From Cyanobium sp. NIES-981 (GTDB taxonomy: Bacteria > Cyanobacteriota > Cyanobacteriia > PCC-6307 > Cyanobiaceae), in assembly GCA_945896675.1 (NCBI GenBank), contig CAMDEM010000003.1, positions 25,000-88,999 on the forward strand: a stretch of DNA of 64,000 bases. Direction: 5' to 3'. How positions within the stretch are numbered: the stretch's first letter is position 1; each line of letters begins with the position of its first letter. The translations under genes were made by a program, and so were the position numbers. Shown piece by piece: positions 48,431 through 60,225 of the stretch. The notes below the pieces were generated by a model that worked only from the letters and a program-made list of their open reading frames with translations, was not told where the DNA came from and did no database searches.

Positions 48431-49900
48431 CTAGGCCGCTTGCTCCGCCTGGGGTTCCCCGTAGAGCTCCTGCTCCAGGCGAGCCCGATCAAATTGGCAG
48501 CCCAATCGCTCGGCAATGGCAACCACATCCAGGGCCGCATTACCCAGGCAACAGGTTCCCCCCGGGGATGGGGTCACGTTGAACACCAGCCCCGGCAAGG
48601 GGCGAATGCTCGCTTCACCGAGCATCAACTTGCGCTCAAGCTTGTTGATCAGCTGGGGCCGCACCCCTCCGTAGCCCTCGGCGAAGGTGAGATCGGCCAG
48701 GGTCATGGCGGGCACGATCTTGCGGGCATCGGCCAAAAAGAGATAGCGGCGCAGCCAAGGCACCTCAAACAGCAGGTTTTTAAAGATGTAGTTACGGATA
48801 TCGGCAATCCGAAACAGCTGCCAAAACACAGCCAACACCGACCAGTCGAGCCGCAGGACCTTCAAGAATTCCCAAAAGGACTCGGGTTTATACCGCTCAA
48901 GCAACGGCAAGAGCAGGGCCGTTGGACCAAAGCGGGTCTTGCCAGGGGCCCGCACATCGGGATCGCCATGGATGGCAGCGAAGGGCAATTTGTCGTTTTG
49001 GACGGTGTAGACCTTGCCCTTGAGCAAGTCAGGGGTGAAGTAAAAGCTGCCCGCCACCGGCAGGCAGGAGTACTCGAGACCAAAGCCCATGTGCTGGGCC
49101 ATCAGCAGGCTGTGGGCGCCGGCATTCACCACCACATGGCGGGCAAAGAGCTGGCGGCTGGGTCCGCCCGCCGTGGGGGCCATCACCACCTGGTAACCAT
49201 CGCCGTCAGGGGTAATGGTGGTGACCTTGGCGCCCATCTGGATCGTCAACTGGCGCCCGGTGCCGGCCACCGCAGCCCCAGCCTGGGCCACAAACGATTC
49301 CGCTAGAGCCTCGTAATCAACGGCGGTGTAGGTGCGTCGAATCCCAATGGCCACCAGTTCATCGGAACGCAAGCTGCCATTGGCAAAGGCCACCTGGGGC
49401 TCCCATTCGGCAATCGTCTCCTTCTCGAGGAGCTCCATCGCCGGGAAATGGGGGGAAAACTGCTCAAATCTCTGGCGCAGAAACTGGCATTCCTGCTCCC
49501 CAACCCCCAGAACCATCTTCGGAGTGCGAAACACGCAGCGCTCCCGCGTTGCAGGATCGAGCAGATCGGCGTAGTGGACGATCATCTCGGCCGTGCGCTT
49601 GACCCGAACCGCCTTTTCAAGGGTGTAGTTGGTCTCGATATCACCGCAGTGGATGGTTTGGCTGTTGTTGGTGGCCTTGGAATTCACCTGGGCCAACTGG
49701 TCGTAGCGCTCTACCAAAGCGATCCGAGCCAGATCGGTGTAGCGGGCCAGTTCAAACAGCAGGGCGGTCCCGCAGACACCGCCCCCAACAATCAACACAT
49801 CCAAGTTCTCCCCATCCGCCAAGGCATCCCTTAGACCCTGGGCTGGAGGTGCTTGCTCGGCTGGGGTGTCGGTCACACAACACTTGGACGCATGACCCAT
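48431..49900 (-). CDS. mqo: FAD-dependent oxidoreductase, malate:quinone oxidoreductase-like
   Basis: GGGVCG, NNSQTIHCGDIETNY, KVYTVQ, PFAAIHGD, RFGPTA, GGVRPQ, TPSPG; start uncertain. Confidence 0.75.
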   Translation of the reverse strand: MGHASKCCVTDTPAEQAPPAQGLRDALADGENLDVLIVGGGVCGTALLFELARYTDLARIALVERYDQLAQVNSKATNNSQTIHCGDIETNYTLEKAVRVKRTAEMIVHYADLLDPATRERCVFRTPKMVLGVGEQECQFLRQRFEQFSPHFPAMELLEKETIAEWEPQVAFANGSLRSDELVAIGIRRTYTAVDYEALAESFVAQAGAAVAGTGRQLTIQMGAKVTTITPDGDGYQVVMAPTAGGPSRQLFARHVVVNAGAHSLLMAQHMGFGLEYSCLPVAGSFYFTPDLLKGKVYTVQNDKLPFAAIHGDPDVRAPGKTRFGPTALLLPLLERYKPESFWEFLKVLRLDWSVLAVFWQLFRIADIRNYIFKNLLFEVPWLRRYLFLADARKIVPAMTLADLTFAEGYGGVRPQLINKLERKLMLGEASIRPLPGLVFNVTPSPGGTCCLGNAALDVVAIAERLGCQFDRARLEQELYGEPQAEQAA

Positions 49901-49978
49901 GCTCGCTGATGGTGCCCCCCCCTGATGGAGGACCCGGGCCGGGACCCTCACCGGTGGTGTTTTAAGCTCCACAGGTGC

Positions 49979-50050
<72 letters not shown>

Positions 50051-50216
50051 TTTCAGACAAGATCCAATCCTCCTTTTGGACTGGGATCTACTGGGCTGCA
50101 ATGGCTCTGCCCAAAGCCCCGATGGCAAATTCCTGGGGCGACACCAGGTCAATCTCGCCAAAACCTTTAAAAAAACATAAACCTGTCCCACAATCGGTGC
50201 AGCAGACAACCTTCGG

Positions 50217-51110
50217 GTGCAGCCCACCGTTTTGCCTTCCTCCCCCGGCACCAACCCCTCCCCCCCCGAGCTGATGGCCTTGGCCGCAGCGATCACCCAA
50301 GCCCGGCTGGCTGCAGGCCTAAGCGTGGCTGCACTGGCCAAGAAGCTGAACATGGGGGTTGAGCAACTTGAGGCCCTGGAATCGGGGGACCTGGACCGGC
50401 TGCCGGAGCAGGTTTTCGTGATTGCCCAGGCCCGTCGGATCGCCCAAAGCCTGGGGGTCACGATCGATGCTGAAATCCAGGCCCTACGCCAAAGCGGCAG
50501 CCTGAACACCAGGCCCATCGAGCTTCAAAACCTCAAACTCAAAGCGGAGATCGAGGCGCCTCGCGGGCCCGAAGCAAACCAGGCCCCCCGCGGTAACGGC
50601 ATGGTCCCGGTGCTTGCCAGCCTGGCCCTGGCCAGCGGCGTGGCAGCAGGAAGCTTTGCCCTGTGGCAGCAATGGCAAGGCCTGCAGCAACAAGCCATCC
50701 AGACCAAGCCGGTACTCACCAAGAAAGCCACGACCAAACAAGCGCAAGCTGCAGCCAAAGACCAAGCCCCTGCCCTTGCCCCTGCCCAGACTGGAGCTAC
50801 CAGCCTCACCCTCAGCAGCGGCAGCAACACCTGGCTTGAGGTGAAAACCCTGAAGGGGAAACAACTCTTTCGCGGAGATTTCAAGGGCCGGAAAGGGTTT
50901 CCCCTCAACGAAGGCTTGAGGGTGCTCGCCGGCCGGCCGGATCTCGTTGTCGTCCAGGTTGGGGCCGCAGCGGCACGGCCCTTGGGCCCCATTTCCGAAG
51001 TGAAATGGCAAACCTTTGCAGCCCCTAAGGCTCCAGCACCTTTAGGGACAGTCCGCAGGCCTCTAGAACCACGTCCCGGCAAGCCCCCAGGCTCCAACGC
51101 TCCAGGCTGA
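50217..51110 (+). CDS. RodZ-like HTH + TM + DUF4115 protein
   Basis: XRE-like HTH (LEALESG, LPEQVFV), TM, WLEV..GRPDLV. Confidence 0.82.
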   Translation: MQPTVLPSSPGTNPSPPELMALAAAITQARLAAGLSVAALAKKLNMGVEQLEALESGDLDRLPEQVFVIAQARRIAQSLGVTIDAEIQALRQSGSLNTRPIELQNLKLKAEIEAPRGPEANQAPRGNGMVPVLASLALASGVAAGSFALWQQWQGLQQQAIQTKPVLTKKATTKQAQAAAKDQAPALAPAQTGATSLTLSSGSNTWLEVKTLKGKQLFRGDFKGRKGFPLNEGLRVLAGRPDLVVVQVGAAAARPLGPISEVKWQTFAAPKAPAPLGTVRRPLEPRPGKPPGSNAPG

Positions 51111-52671
51111 GATCGGCTGGCTGATCCCCTGAAGGCGGATCCACGGGCTCGAGGGAAATCTCCAGCTCGCATGGAATCTGTTTTGCTGCTCCTTCCTGCA
51201 GGGGCACCACCTTGATGCTGCCAATCACAGACGCTGGCCGTCGATCAAGGGAGGCCGCCAGACGCAACAGCAAGGCCATGGAAGCCACGGTGCGGCGCTG
51301 CTGCCGGTCGACAATCAGCTGCCAAGACTCGTGGCGCTTTTTGGGCAAGCCGCGGCGGTGATAGCGGGCAATAGCCGCCACCATCAAATGTTCGGCCTGG
51401 GAATAGCCCAATAACTCACCATGGCGAATCAAATACCAGGTGTGTTTGTGGTAAGCAGCAATATTGATGCTCTTGCCGCAGGTATGCAGTTGGGCTGCCG
51501 CCCAGAGCAGTTCACGGCCCAGGCCCCCATCGCTATGGATGAGGCCCCGGGTCTGGTCGTAGAGGCTGAGGGCGAAGCCGGCCACCCGATCCGCCCGGCT
51601 GCGGTCGACACCAAAACTCTGGGCCAGATGCATCACCGTGCGCTGGCGAATGGTGCTCTGAAACGAGAAGCGATCACCCAAAAGGTGATTGCGCAGCATC
51701 CAATCCACAATCAAACCCTCCCTCAGGGCCCGATCGCAGACCACCAGCTCCTTCACCTGGAGCATCTCCATGGCGGTCTGGAGAATCAGGGCCCCAGGCA
51801 CGATGATTTCGGCGCGCCGTTCGTTGATGGCGGTCAAGGTTTTGCGTTGCTCAGCTGACATCGCCAACAGGCGGGCGATTTGCTGGTCGATGCGGGCCTT
51901 GCTGAGGCGGTACCCCTGCAATTTCAAGGGGGGACGGCCGTCCTCAGCTGCTGCCAAGGCGGCCAGGGCCATGGCCGTGCCGCTGGTCGCCACGAGCAGG
52001 GGCTTCTCAGCCGGCTGGAGAGCGGCCCGGGTCTGGGCCACCGCCGGATCCAGGGCCCCTTGGATGTAGGCCTTGAGGAAGGAGTGCTGATCAGGCGGCA
52101 ACGGGTCCTGCCGGCAAAACTCCCGCTGCAGCCGCACCGCCCCAATCCGGGTACTGGTGAGGGAGCGGGCATCGCGGCCATCGGCAAGCACCAGCTCGGT
52201 GGAGCCGCCACCGATATCCAAGATCAGGTGGGGCTGATCACCAAAGGTCATCCCCGAAAGCACGCCCAGATAGATCAGGCGGGCCTCCTCCGGACCACTC
52301 ACCAACTCCACCTCGAGGCCCAACTGCTCCTGAAGGGCCAGCAAAAAATCGCCCCCATTGGGCGCCTCCCGCACCGCGCTGGTGGCAGCGGTCACGATCT
52401 GCTCAACCCCATGGCTGAGCGCCAGATCCCGGTCCTGCCTGAGGGTGCGAAACGCCCGCTCAATGGCATCGGAGCTCAAATCACCGGTCTCTGGATCCCT
52501 CTCCCCCAGGCGCGTGGTGGCTTTTTCGGCCACCAGCACCGAGAAGCTGCGCAGCTCAGGATCCACCTCCGCCACCAACAGGTGAATGGAATTGGTGCCG
52601 ATATCGATTGCAGCGACGCGGCGACGACCCAAGGCCTGGCCAGGCTGTTGGGAGGGCGGGGCCTGAACCAT
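51025..52671 (-). CDS. ppx: Ppx/GppA exopolyphosphatase
   Basis: IDIGTNSIH, ATSAVREA, GPEEARL, DIGGGSTE, ALREG, ARYHR. Confidence 0.93.
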   Translation of the reverse strand: MVQAPPSQQPGQALGRRRVAAIDIGTNSIHLLVAEVDPELRSFSVLVAEKATTRLGERDPETGDLSSDAIERAFRTLRQDRDLALSHGVEQIVTAATSAVREAPNGGDFLLALQEQLGLEVELVSGPEEARLIYLGVLSGMTFGDQPHLILDIGGGSTELVLADGRDARSLTSTRIGAVRLQREFCRQDPLPPDQHSFLKAYIQGALDPAVAQTRAALQPAEKPLLVATSGTAMALAALAAAEDGRPPLKLQGYRLSKARIDQQIARLLAMSAEQRKTLTAINERRAEIIVPGALILQTAMEMLQVKELVVCDRALREGLIVDWMLRNHLLGDRFSFQSTIRQRTVMHLAQSFGVDRSRADRVAGFALSLYDQTRGLIHSDGGLGRELLWAAAQLHTCGKSINIAAYHKHTWYLIRHGELLGYSQAEHLMVAAIARYHRRGLPKKRHESWQLIVDRQQRRTVASMALLLRLAASLDRRPASVIGSIKVVPLQEGAAKQIPCELEISLEPVDPPSGDQPADLSLERWSLGACRDVVLEACGLSLKVLEP

Positions 52672-52766
52672 CGGACAGCCTGGGGCTGGGCGGCGCCACT
52701 TTGACATCCGCGGGAGTAATCCGCTGCAGACCTAGGGTGCCGGCCAAAGACAGGTCTGCTCCCAGC

Positions 52767-53657
52767 GTGGCCGTTCCCCGCATCACCGCCCGTCTGGCGA
52801 CCTGGCTCGAGTTGCTGCGCTGGCACAAACCCAGTGGTCGCCTCATCCTGCTGATTCCGGCGGGTTGGAGCCTCTGGCTCGTGCCCGGGGGCAGGCCCTC
52901 CCCAGACCTGGTGCTGTTGATCGTGCTGGGGGGCCTCGCCGTGAGTGGGGCCGGCTGCATCGCTAACGACCTCTGGGATCGGCGCATCGATCCCTTGGTG
53001 GAGCGCACCAAAACCAGGCCCATGGCTGATGGCAGGGTGGGCAGCCTTGAAGCCCTGCTGCTGCTGGTGGTGATCCTGGCCGCGGCCCTGGCCGTGGTGC
53101 TTGCCCTGCCCGTAGCCCATCGCCTGAGCTGCCTGGGGCTGGCCATCGCCGCCCTACCGCCGGTGCTGCTCTATCCCAGTGCCAAGCGCTGGTTTGATTA
53201 CCCCCAGCTGGTGCTGGCCCTGTGCTGGGGCTTTGCGGTACTGATTCCCTGGGCCGCCGCCACCGGCAACCTCTCTGGCGGCTGGCCCCTGGGGCTCACC
53301 TGGCTGGCCGCCGTGCTCTGGACCTTCGGCTTTGACACGGTCTATGCCATGGCCGACCGCGATGACGACCGGGGACTCGGGGTGCGGAGCAGTGCCTTAA
53401 GCCTGGGGGATCGGGCCCCCCTCACCGTGACCGTTTGTTATGGCTTAACAGCCCTGGCCCTTGCAGGGGCAGCGGGCCAAGCGGGGGTGGGCTGGCCGTT
53501 CTGGCCCCTGTGGCTGCTTGCCGCCGCCGGGATGCAGCGGGAAGCCCTTGGGCTGCGGCGCACCGATCTGCCCCGTTCCAGCTTTGGCCGCCATTTCAGC
53601 CGCCAGGTGCTGCTGGGCGGCCTGCTGCTGCTGGCCCTGGTGGTGGGGAGGGTGTGA
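52767..53657 (+). CDS. ubiA: 4-hydroxybenzoate polyprenyltransferase (plastoquinone synthesis)
   Basis: LRWHKP, NDLWDRRID, ERTKTRP, YPSAKR, DTVYAMADRDDD. Confidence 0.92.
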   Translation: MAVPRITARLATWLELLRWHKPSGRLILLIPAGWSLWLVPGGRPSPDLVLLIVLGGLAVSGAGCIANDLWDRRIDPLVERTKTRPMADGRVGSLEALLLLVVILAAALAVVLALPVAHRLSCLGLAIAALPPVLLYPSAKRWFDYPQLVLALCWGFAVLIPWAAATGNLSGGWPLGLTWLAAVLWTFGFDTVYAMADRDDDRGLGVRSSALSLGDRAPLTVTVCYGLTALALAGAAGQAGVGWPFWPLWLLAAAGMQREALGLRRTDLPRSSFGRHFSRQVLLGGLLLLALVVGRV

Positions 53658-54565
53658 TGGCTAGGCCGATCCGCCTGCCCAAACCGCTGGTTTCTGGAGA
53701 TTCCGTGGCCGTGGTGGCCGCCAGCTCCTGCCTGGAGGGCGAAGAAGCCCTGGCCCGTCTCGATGCCGGCATTGCCATCGTGGAGAGCTGGGGGCTGGTG
53801 GTGGAGCGCAAGCCCCTGCGGAGCTGGGGTTACCTGGCCGGCAACGATCACGAGCGTTCCGCCGACCTCCGAACCGAGCGACCGGGCGAGGAGCCAGCCG
53901 TTTCCCTGCTGGCCTGCATGCGGGGCGGCTGGGGTTCCGCCCGGCTGCTGGAGCGGCCCCTGGCGATGGGGCCCACCTGGCTCCTGGGCTTCTCCGATGT
54001 CACCTCCTTGCTCTGGGCCCAGGTGGCCCAAGGCCATGGCGGAGCCATCCATGGCCCCCTGCTCACCAGCCTGGCGGCGGAACCGGCCTGGAGCCAGCAG
54101 CGCTTGCGCTCCCTGCTCTTTGGTGAACCCCTGGCCGATCTAGCCGGGGAGGGCTGGTGTCCAGGGCTGGCCGAAGGCCCCCTGTTGGTGGCCAATCTCA
54201 CGGTGGCCACCCACCTGCTGGGCACCCCCCATTGGCCCGATCTCGACGGCGCCATCCTGGTCCTCGAAGACGTGGGAGAAGCGCCTTATCGCATCGAGCG
54301 GATGCTCACCCACTGGCGGCTGGGCGGGGCCCTGCAGCGGTTGGCAGGCATCGGCCTGGGCAGCTTCAGCGGCTGCGACGACCCGACGACACCAGAGCGC
54401 TCGAGCTTCAGCCTGGAGGAGGTGCTGCGCGAACGCACCGCCGACCTCGGGATTCCCGTGGTGGCGGGCCTACCGATCGGCCACGGCGACTGCAATGCCG
54501 CCCTGCCCTTGGCAGTGCGCGCCCAGCTCGATGGCACGGGCGGTCGCCTTGCCCTGCTTCCCTAA
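53657..54565 (+). CDS. LD-carboxypeptidase (peptidase S66)
   Basis: YLAG, RGGWG, GFSD, LEDVGE, PIGH triad; TGATG coupling to ubiA. Confidence 0.9.
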   Translation: MARPIRLPKPLVSGDSVAVVAASSCLEGEEALARLDAGIAIVESWGLVVERKPLRSWGYLAGNDHERSADLRTERPGEEPAVSLLACMRGGWGSARLLERPLAMGPTWLLGFSDVTSLLWAQVAQGHGGAIHGPLLTSLAAEPAWSQQRLRSLLFGEPLADLAGEGWCPGLAEGPLLVANLTVATHLLGTPHWPDLDGAILVLEDVGEAPYRIERMLTHWRLGGALQRLAGIGLGSFSGCDDPTTPERSSFSLEEVLRERTADLGIPVVAGLPIGHGDCNAALPLAVRAQLDGTGGRLALLP

Positions 54566-54585
54566 GGGGCGTTGGAATCGGAGCC

Positions 54586-55266
54586 CTAGCCGCGATCCGC
54601 CAACACCGCCTCAGCAATCGTCAAATCAAAGGGGGTGGTGAGCTTGATGTTGGAGGGGGGGGCCTCCAACACCTGCACCGCCAGACCGAGGCGCTCAAAC
54701 AACGCCGCATCGTCGGTGACACTCCAGCCTTCGGCCGTGGCCGTGGCATGGGCATCCCGCAGCTGCTGCACCGGAAACCCTTGGGGGGTTTGGGCCGCCC
54801 AGAGCTGGCTGCGATCGGGTGTTGCAGTGATGCATCCGCCGCCATCCACCTGCTTGATCGTGTCGGTCACGGGGGTCGCGGCAATCACCGCCAGGCCCTG
54901 CTGCACCGCCATCACACAGCGCTCCAACAGATCGGGATCCACCAAACAGCGGGCGCCGTCATGGATCAGCACCCCCTCGGCATCGGCGGGTAGCGCCGCC
55001 AAGCCGCGGCTGACCGATTCCTGCCGGGTCTCCCCACCCACGATCCACGCCACCGGAACCCGGGGATTGGCGGCGGACACGATGGCCTGAATCGCCTGTT
55101 CATCCACGGGCTGGCCCACCAACCCGATCCAGGTGATGACGGGGGAGGCCAGGGCGGCATCCAGGGTCCAGGCGAGCACGGCCCGCCCTGCCACGGGCAA
55201 CAACAACTTGTTGCCTTCGGCTCCCATCCGGCGGCCACTTCCTGCGGCGGCGATCAGCAAATGCAC
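54586..55266 (-). CDS. ispD: 2-C-methyl-D-erythritol 4-phosphate cytidylyltransferase
   Basis: [38 protein letters not shown]. Confidence 0.95.
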   Translation of the reverse strand: MHLLIAAAGSGRRMGAEGNKLLLPVAGRAVLAWTLDAALASPVITWIGLVGQPVDEQAIQAIVSAANPRVPVAWIVGGETRQESVSRGLAALPADAEGVLIHDGARCLVDPDLLERCVMAVQQGLAVIAATPVTDTIKQVDGGGCITATPDRSQLWAAQTPQGFPVQQLRDAHATATAEGWSVTDDAALFERLGLAVQVLEAPPSNIKLTTPFDLTIAEAVLADRG

Positions 55267-55337
55267 AAGAGACTCCCGGCAGCGGGCCAAACCGACTGGG
55301 CTCCATACAATCAGGCCACCGTGCCGATGCCACCGCA

Positions 55338-56192
55338 ATGCGGGCCCTGTTTCTGATTCCCGGTGGCAGCAGCCAGCAATTGCAAGCCTTTGCCGCTGTC
55401 GACGCGGTGGCAAGCCAACTCAAGGCCCACGTGCAGGTGGTTTGCCCCACGGCAACCGCCGCCCTCTGGCAGCTCCATCCAGCCGTGGAGAAGGTGATCC
55501 CCTTTGCCTTTGACGACGCCACCATGGCCGACTGGGCCAATTTGCTCGGGTCGGTTCGGGAGCCCGATTTTCAGCTCTGCCTCAACCGCGCCAGCGGCCG
55601 CCAGGTGGACCTGATGCTCTCGATGAGCCATATCCCCACCCGCATTGCCGCCTCGGGCTTTTCCGCCACGGAAAAGATCCAATCCAGCGCCAATCTGTGG
55701 CCCAACCAGGCCTGGGAGGCCGATCTCAAACCGGTAGGGGTGCACCTGGATGCCGAGGCCTTCCGGTTGCCCCTGGCCAAAGCTCAGCTCGATGCCGCAG
55801 CTGCTGCCTTGCCCCCAGGGGAGGGTCCGGCGCTGCTGCTTGCTCCCTGGGGAGCCACAAACGACTGGCCCCAAGCCCAGTGGCAGCACCTCCCCGAGCG
55901 CATTGTCAGCAAACTGCCCACCCTTCGGGTCGTCAACGCTGCCCCTGTTGATTCGGCCCCCACAGTTGCAGGCGCAGTCAAGCGGGCCGCCCAGGTGGCG
56001 AGCGCCGATGTGGTGGTAGCCAGTGATCCAGAAACCATCGAGTGGGCCCTGCTCCTGGGTCTGCCCCTAGTGGCCCTTGGCCGGCCGGCCGACAGCCTGC
56101 CCCCTCGCCAGGGTGTGCAAAGCCTGGGCACCGCAGTTGAGCTCGCCACGGTCAGCATGGAGTCGGTACTCACTGCCCTTGGCTTTGGCTAA
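55338..56192 (+). CDS. glycosyltransferase family 9-like protein (divergent)
   Basis: [29 protein letters not shown]; GT-B layout. Confidence 0.7.
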   Translation: MRALFLIPGGSSQQLQAFAAVDAVASQLKAHVQVVCPTATAALWQLHPAVEKVIPFAFDDATMADWANLLGSVREPDFQLCLNRASGRQVDLMLSMSHIPTRIAASGFSATEKIQSSANLWPNQAWEADLKPVGVHLDAEAFRLPLAKAQLDAAAAALPPGEGPALLLAPWGATNDWPQAQWQHLPERIVSKLPTLRVVNAAPVDSAPTVAGAVKRAAQVASADVVVASDPETIEWALLLGLPLVALGRPADSLPPRQGVQSLGTAVELATVSMESVLTALGFG

Positions 56193-56234
56193 GCGCAGGG
56201 CGCCATACCATCCATTCACCCAATCTTTGCCCCG

Positions 56235-56987
56235 ATGGCCTCCTCCCAAGCACTCGCTGGACACGTCACCCTGGTGACCGGAGCGAGCCGGGGGATTGGT
56301 CGTTCCATTGCCCTCACCCTGGCGGCGCAAGGGGCCGAGGTGGTGGTGAACTACGCCAATTCGCCGGATGCCGCCGAGGCCGTGGTGGCTGAGATCCATG
56401 CCGCTGGGGGCAAGGCCTGGAGCTATCAAGCCAATGTGGCCGACGAGGAGGAGGTGGAGCTCATGGTGAAAACCGTGCTGGAAAAGTCCGGGCGCCTGGA
56501 TGTGCTGGTCAACAACGCCGGCATTACCAAGGACGGCCTACTGATGCGGATGAAGACCTCCGACTGGAAGAGCGTGATCGACCTCAACCTCACCGGGGTG
56601 TTCCTGTGCACCCGAGCGGTGAGCCGCTCGATGCTGAAAGCCCGCTCAGGCCGCATCATCAACATCACCTCCGTGGTGGCCCTCATGGGGAACCCTGGGC
56701 AGTCGAACTACAGCGCCGCCAAAGCCGGGGTGATTGGCTTCACCCGCAGCTGCGCGGCTGAATTTGCCGGACGGGGGGTGACGGTGAATGCGGTCGCTCC
56801 AGGCTTTATCCAGACTGACATGACCAAGAATCTCGATGTGGAGCCGATCCTCGGTGCAATCCCCCTGGGCCGCATGGGCCAACCCGAAGAGGTGGCCAGC
56901 GCCGTGCTGTTCCTTGCCGCCGACGTCGCCAGTAGCTACATGACCGGCCAGGTCCTCCAAATCGATGGCGGCATGGTTATGCGGTAG
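56235..56987 (+). CDS. fabG: 3-oxoacyl-ACP reductase
   Basis: [33 protein letters not shown]. Confidence 0.95.
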   Translation: MASSQALAGHVTLVTGASRGIGRSIALTLAAQGAEVVVNYANSPDAAEAVVAEIHAAGGKAWSYQANVADEEEVELMVKTVLEKSGRLDVLVNNAGITKDGLLMRMKTSDWKSVIDLNLTGVFLCTRAVSRSMLKARSGRIINITSVVALMGNPGQSNYSAAKAGVIGFTRSCAAEFAGRGVTVNAVAPGFIQTDMTKNLDVEPILGAIPLGRMGQPEEVASAVLFLAADVASSYMTGQVLQIDGGMVMR

Positions 56988-57264
56988 GGGCGGGGTGGCC
57001 CAGTTCATCGCGCAGGCGCCGAATCCGCAGCAGCAACTTCAAGCGGCGGCTTCGGGCCGTGATGGTCAGGAACAGGCGTAACGGCAGATAGACCAGCGCC
57101 ATCACCACCCCCAGGGCGGTGATCAGCACAAACACCATGGCGTTCGATCCCGACACGGGCGCCAGGTTCACCACATCATCAGCGCTCTCCAAGGCGGTTT
57201 CAAGCGCCGTTTCGAGCGCACTTTCAATGGCGGTTTCGAGGGCTGACGGGAGCAGGTCGTCCAT
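56977..57264 (-). CDS. small membrane protein with ALET repeats
   Basis: acidic repeat N-terminus, TM helix, basic C-terminus (positive-inside). Confidence 0.6.
   Translation of the reverse strand: MDDLLPSALETAIESALETALETALESADDVVNLAPVSGSNAMVFVLITALGVVMALVYLPLRLFLTITARSRRLKLLLRIRRLRDELGHPAPTA
57184..57243 (-). repeat. five degenerate 12-bp tandem units encoding A(L/I)E(T/S)
   Basis: GCCCTCGAAACC/GCCATTGAAAGT/GCGCTCGAAACG/GCGCTTGAAACC/GCCTTGGAGAGC. Confidence 0.85.
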
Positions 57265-57316
57265 GGCCAGACCCTATCGAGCCCAGGCCAAAGATGCCGC
57301 CCCAACCCTCGGGTGA

Positions 57317-59062
<1,746 letters not shown>

Positions 59063-59068
59063 TCCCGC

Positions 59069-59088
59069 GGGGGGAGCCCACTCCCCCC
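59069..59088. terminator. hairpin between convergent groEL and nanE
   Basis: GGGGGGAG-CCCA-CTCCCCCC, 8-bp stem; no U tract. Confidence 0.5.
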
Positions 59089-59795
59089 TAACCGCCTTGG
59101 ATTTTGGCCACGTAGGCCGCCACCTGGAGGTCCACACCTGTGATGGCGGTTCCCACCACCACGGCATCGGCACCAAGCCCAAGGGCCCGCAGAGCCTGAT
59201 CTGCAGAGGCAAGGCCTCCCTCGCAAATCAGGCTTGTACCCACCGGGAGTTGTTGCTTCAGCTCGCCCAACAGATCCCAGCCAGGCGGCTTGTGGACAGC
59301 GGTGGCTTCGGTGTAGCCGTACAGGGTTGTACCCACCCAGCCACAGCCCAATTCGGCGGCCCGCAAACCGTTGGCCACACTATCGATATCGGCCATCACC
59401 ACGGCCCCTAGGTCGTTGGTGGCGCGGCGAATCAGCTCCTCCAAGGATTGCCCGCCCGGCCGGTGGCGGTCGGTGGCATCGATCGCCACCACATCGGCCC
59501 CGGCGGCCCAAACCGCCTGAATCTCCGCCCAGCCAGGCGTGATGTAAACGGGACTATCGCCATAGGTCCGCTTCCAGAGGCCCACAATTAAGGCATCAGG
59601 GCAGCGGCGGCGCACGGCGCCAATGTGCTCGGGACTCTCGAGCCGCACGCCCGAGGCGCCATTGCGCAAGCTCGCCTCAGCCATGGCCGCAATCACCTCC
59701 GGGTCCCGCATGGGCGAGCCTTCAGGTGCCTGCACCGAGACAATCAAGCCAGAAGCCAACAAAGACGGCAGGGTCGCAGGGTTACTCACGCTCAA
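59088..59795 (-). CDS. nanE: N-acetylmannosamine-6-phosphate 2-epimerase
   Basis: GLIVSVQA, GLWK, VYITP, DAT, MADI, GTTLYGYT, EGG, VVGTAIT. Confidence 0.92.
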   Translation of the reverse strand: MSVSNPATLPSLLASGLIVSVQAPEGSPMRDPEVIAAMAEASLRNGASGVRLESPEHIGAVRRRCPDALIVGLWKRTYGDSPVYITPGWAEIQAVWAAGADVVAIDATDRHRPGGQSLEELIRRATNDLGAVVMADIDSVANGLRAAELGCGWVGTTLYGYTEATAVHKPPGWDLLGELKQQLPVGTSLICEGGLASADQALRALGLGADAVVVGTAITGVDLQVAAYVAKIQGG

Positions 59796-60214
59796 CCGGC
59801 CAAGGGAAGATCATCTGAGCGATCCGGCAACCAGGCCCGCAGGGCCGCCAACGTGGCCGGGGCAGGAGCTGGGGAATCGGTCAAGGTGGAACGAATCACT
59901 GGAACATGGGTCCCTGGAACATCAAGGCCCGGTGAATCCAAACTGGGTGAATCGATTCCAGCCGTCTCGAGCGCAGCCATCGGTTCTTGAGCACTGTCCT
60001 CGAGGCAATGGCGCAACCAAGCGGAAGCCCCAGGGCCTTGGCTCGAGGTCAAGGGACCAAGGATCCAAGCCTTCAATGACGGCAGACCGCGGCGATGGAC
60101 CCACTGCTGCAGAAAGCGATTGGCTAGGGCCCTATCCCGCTCCGCAACGGCCGCCAAAAGACGATCGGAGAGTTCGGGGCGGGGGGGGGCAGGGAGCGGG
60201 CGGGATGCAACCAC
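59792..60214 (-). CDS. hypothetical protein
   Basis: QQWVHRRG core, 5-aa repeat linker, C-terminal LRAWLPD; lies within the operon. Confidence 0.6.
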   Translation of the reverse strand: MVASRPLPAPPRPELSDRLLAAVAERDRALANRFLQQWVHRRGLPSLKAWILGPLTSSQGPGASAWLRHCLEDSAQEPMAALETAGIDSPSLDSPGLDVPGTHVPVIRSTLTDSPAPAPATLAALRAWLPDRSDDLPLAG

Positions 60215-60225
60215 GGGAGTGGGAT

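Noticed and set aside
50051-50216. Possible island integrated at tRNA-Val
   Set aside because: Slightly AT-richer, but no integrase and no duplicated tRNA 3' end seen; flanks are core genes
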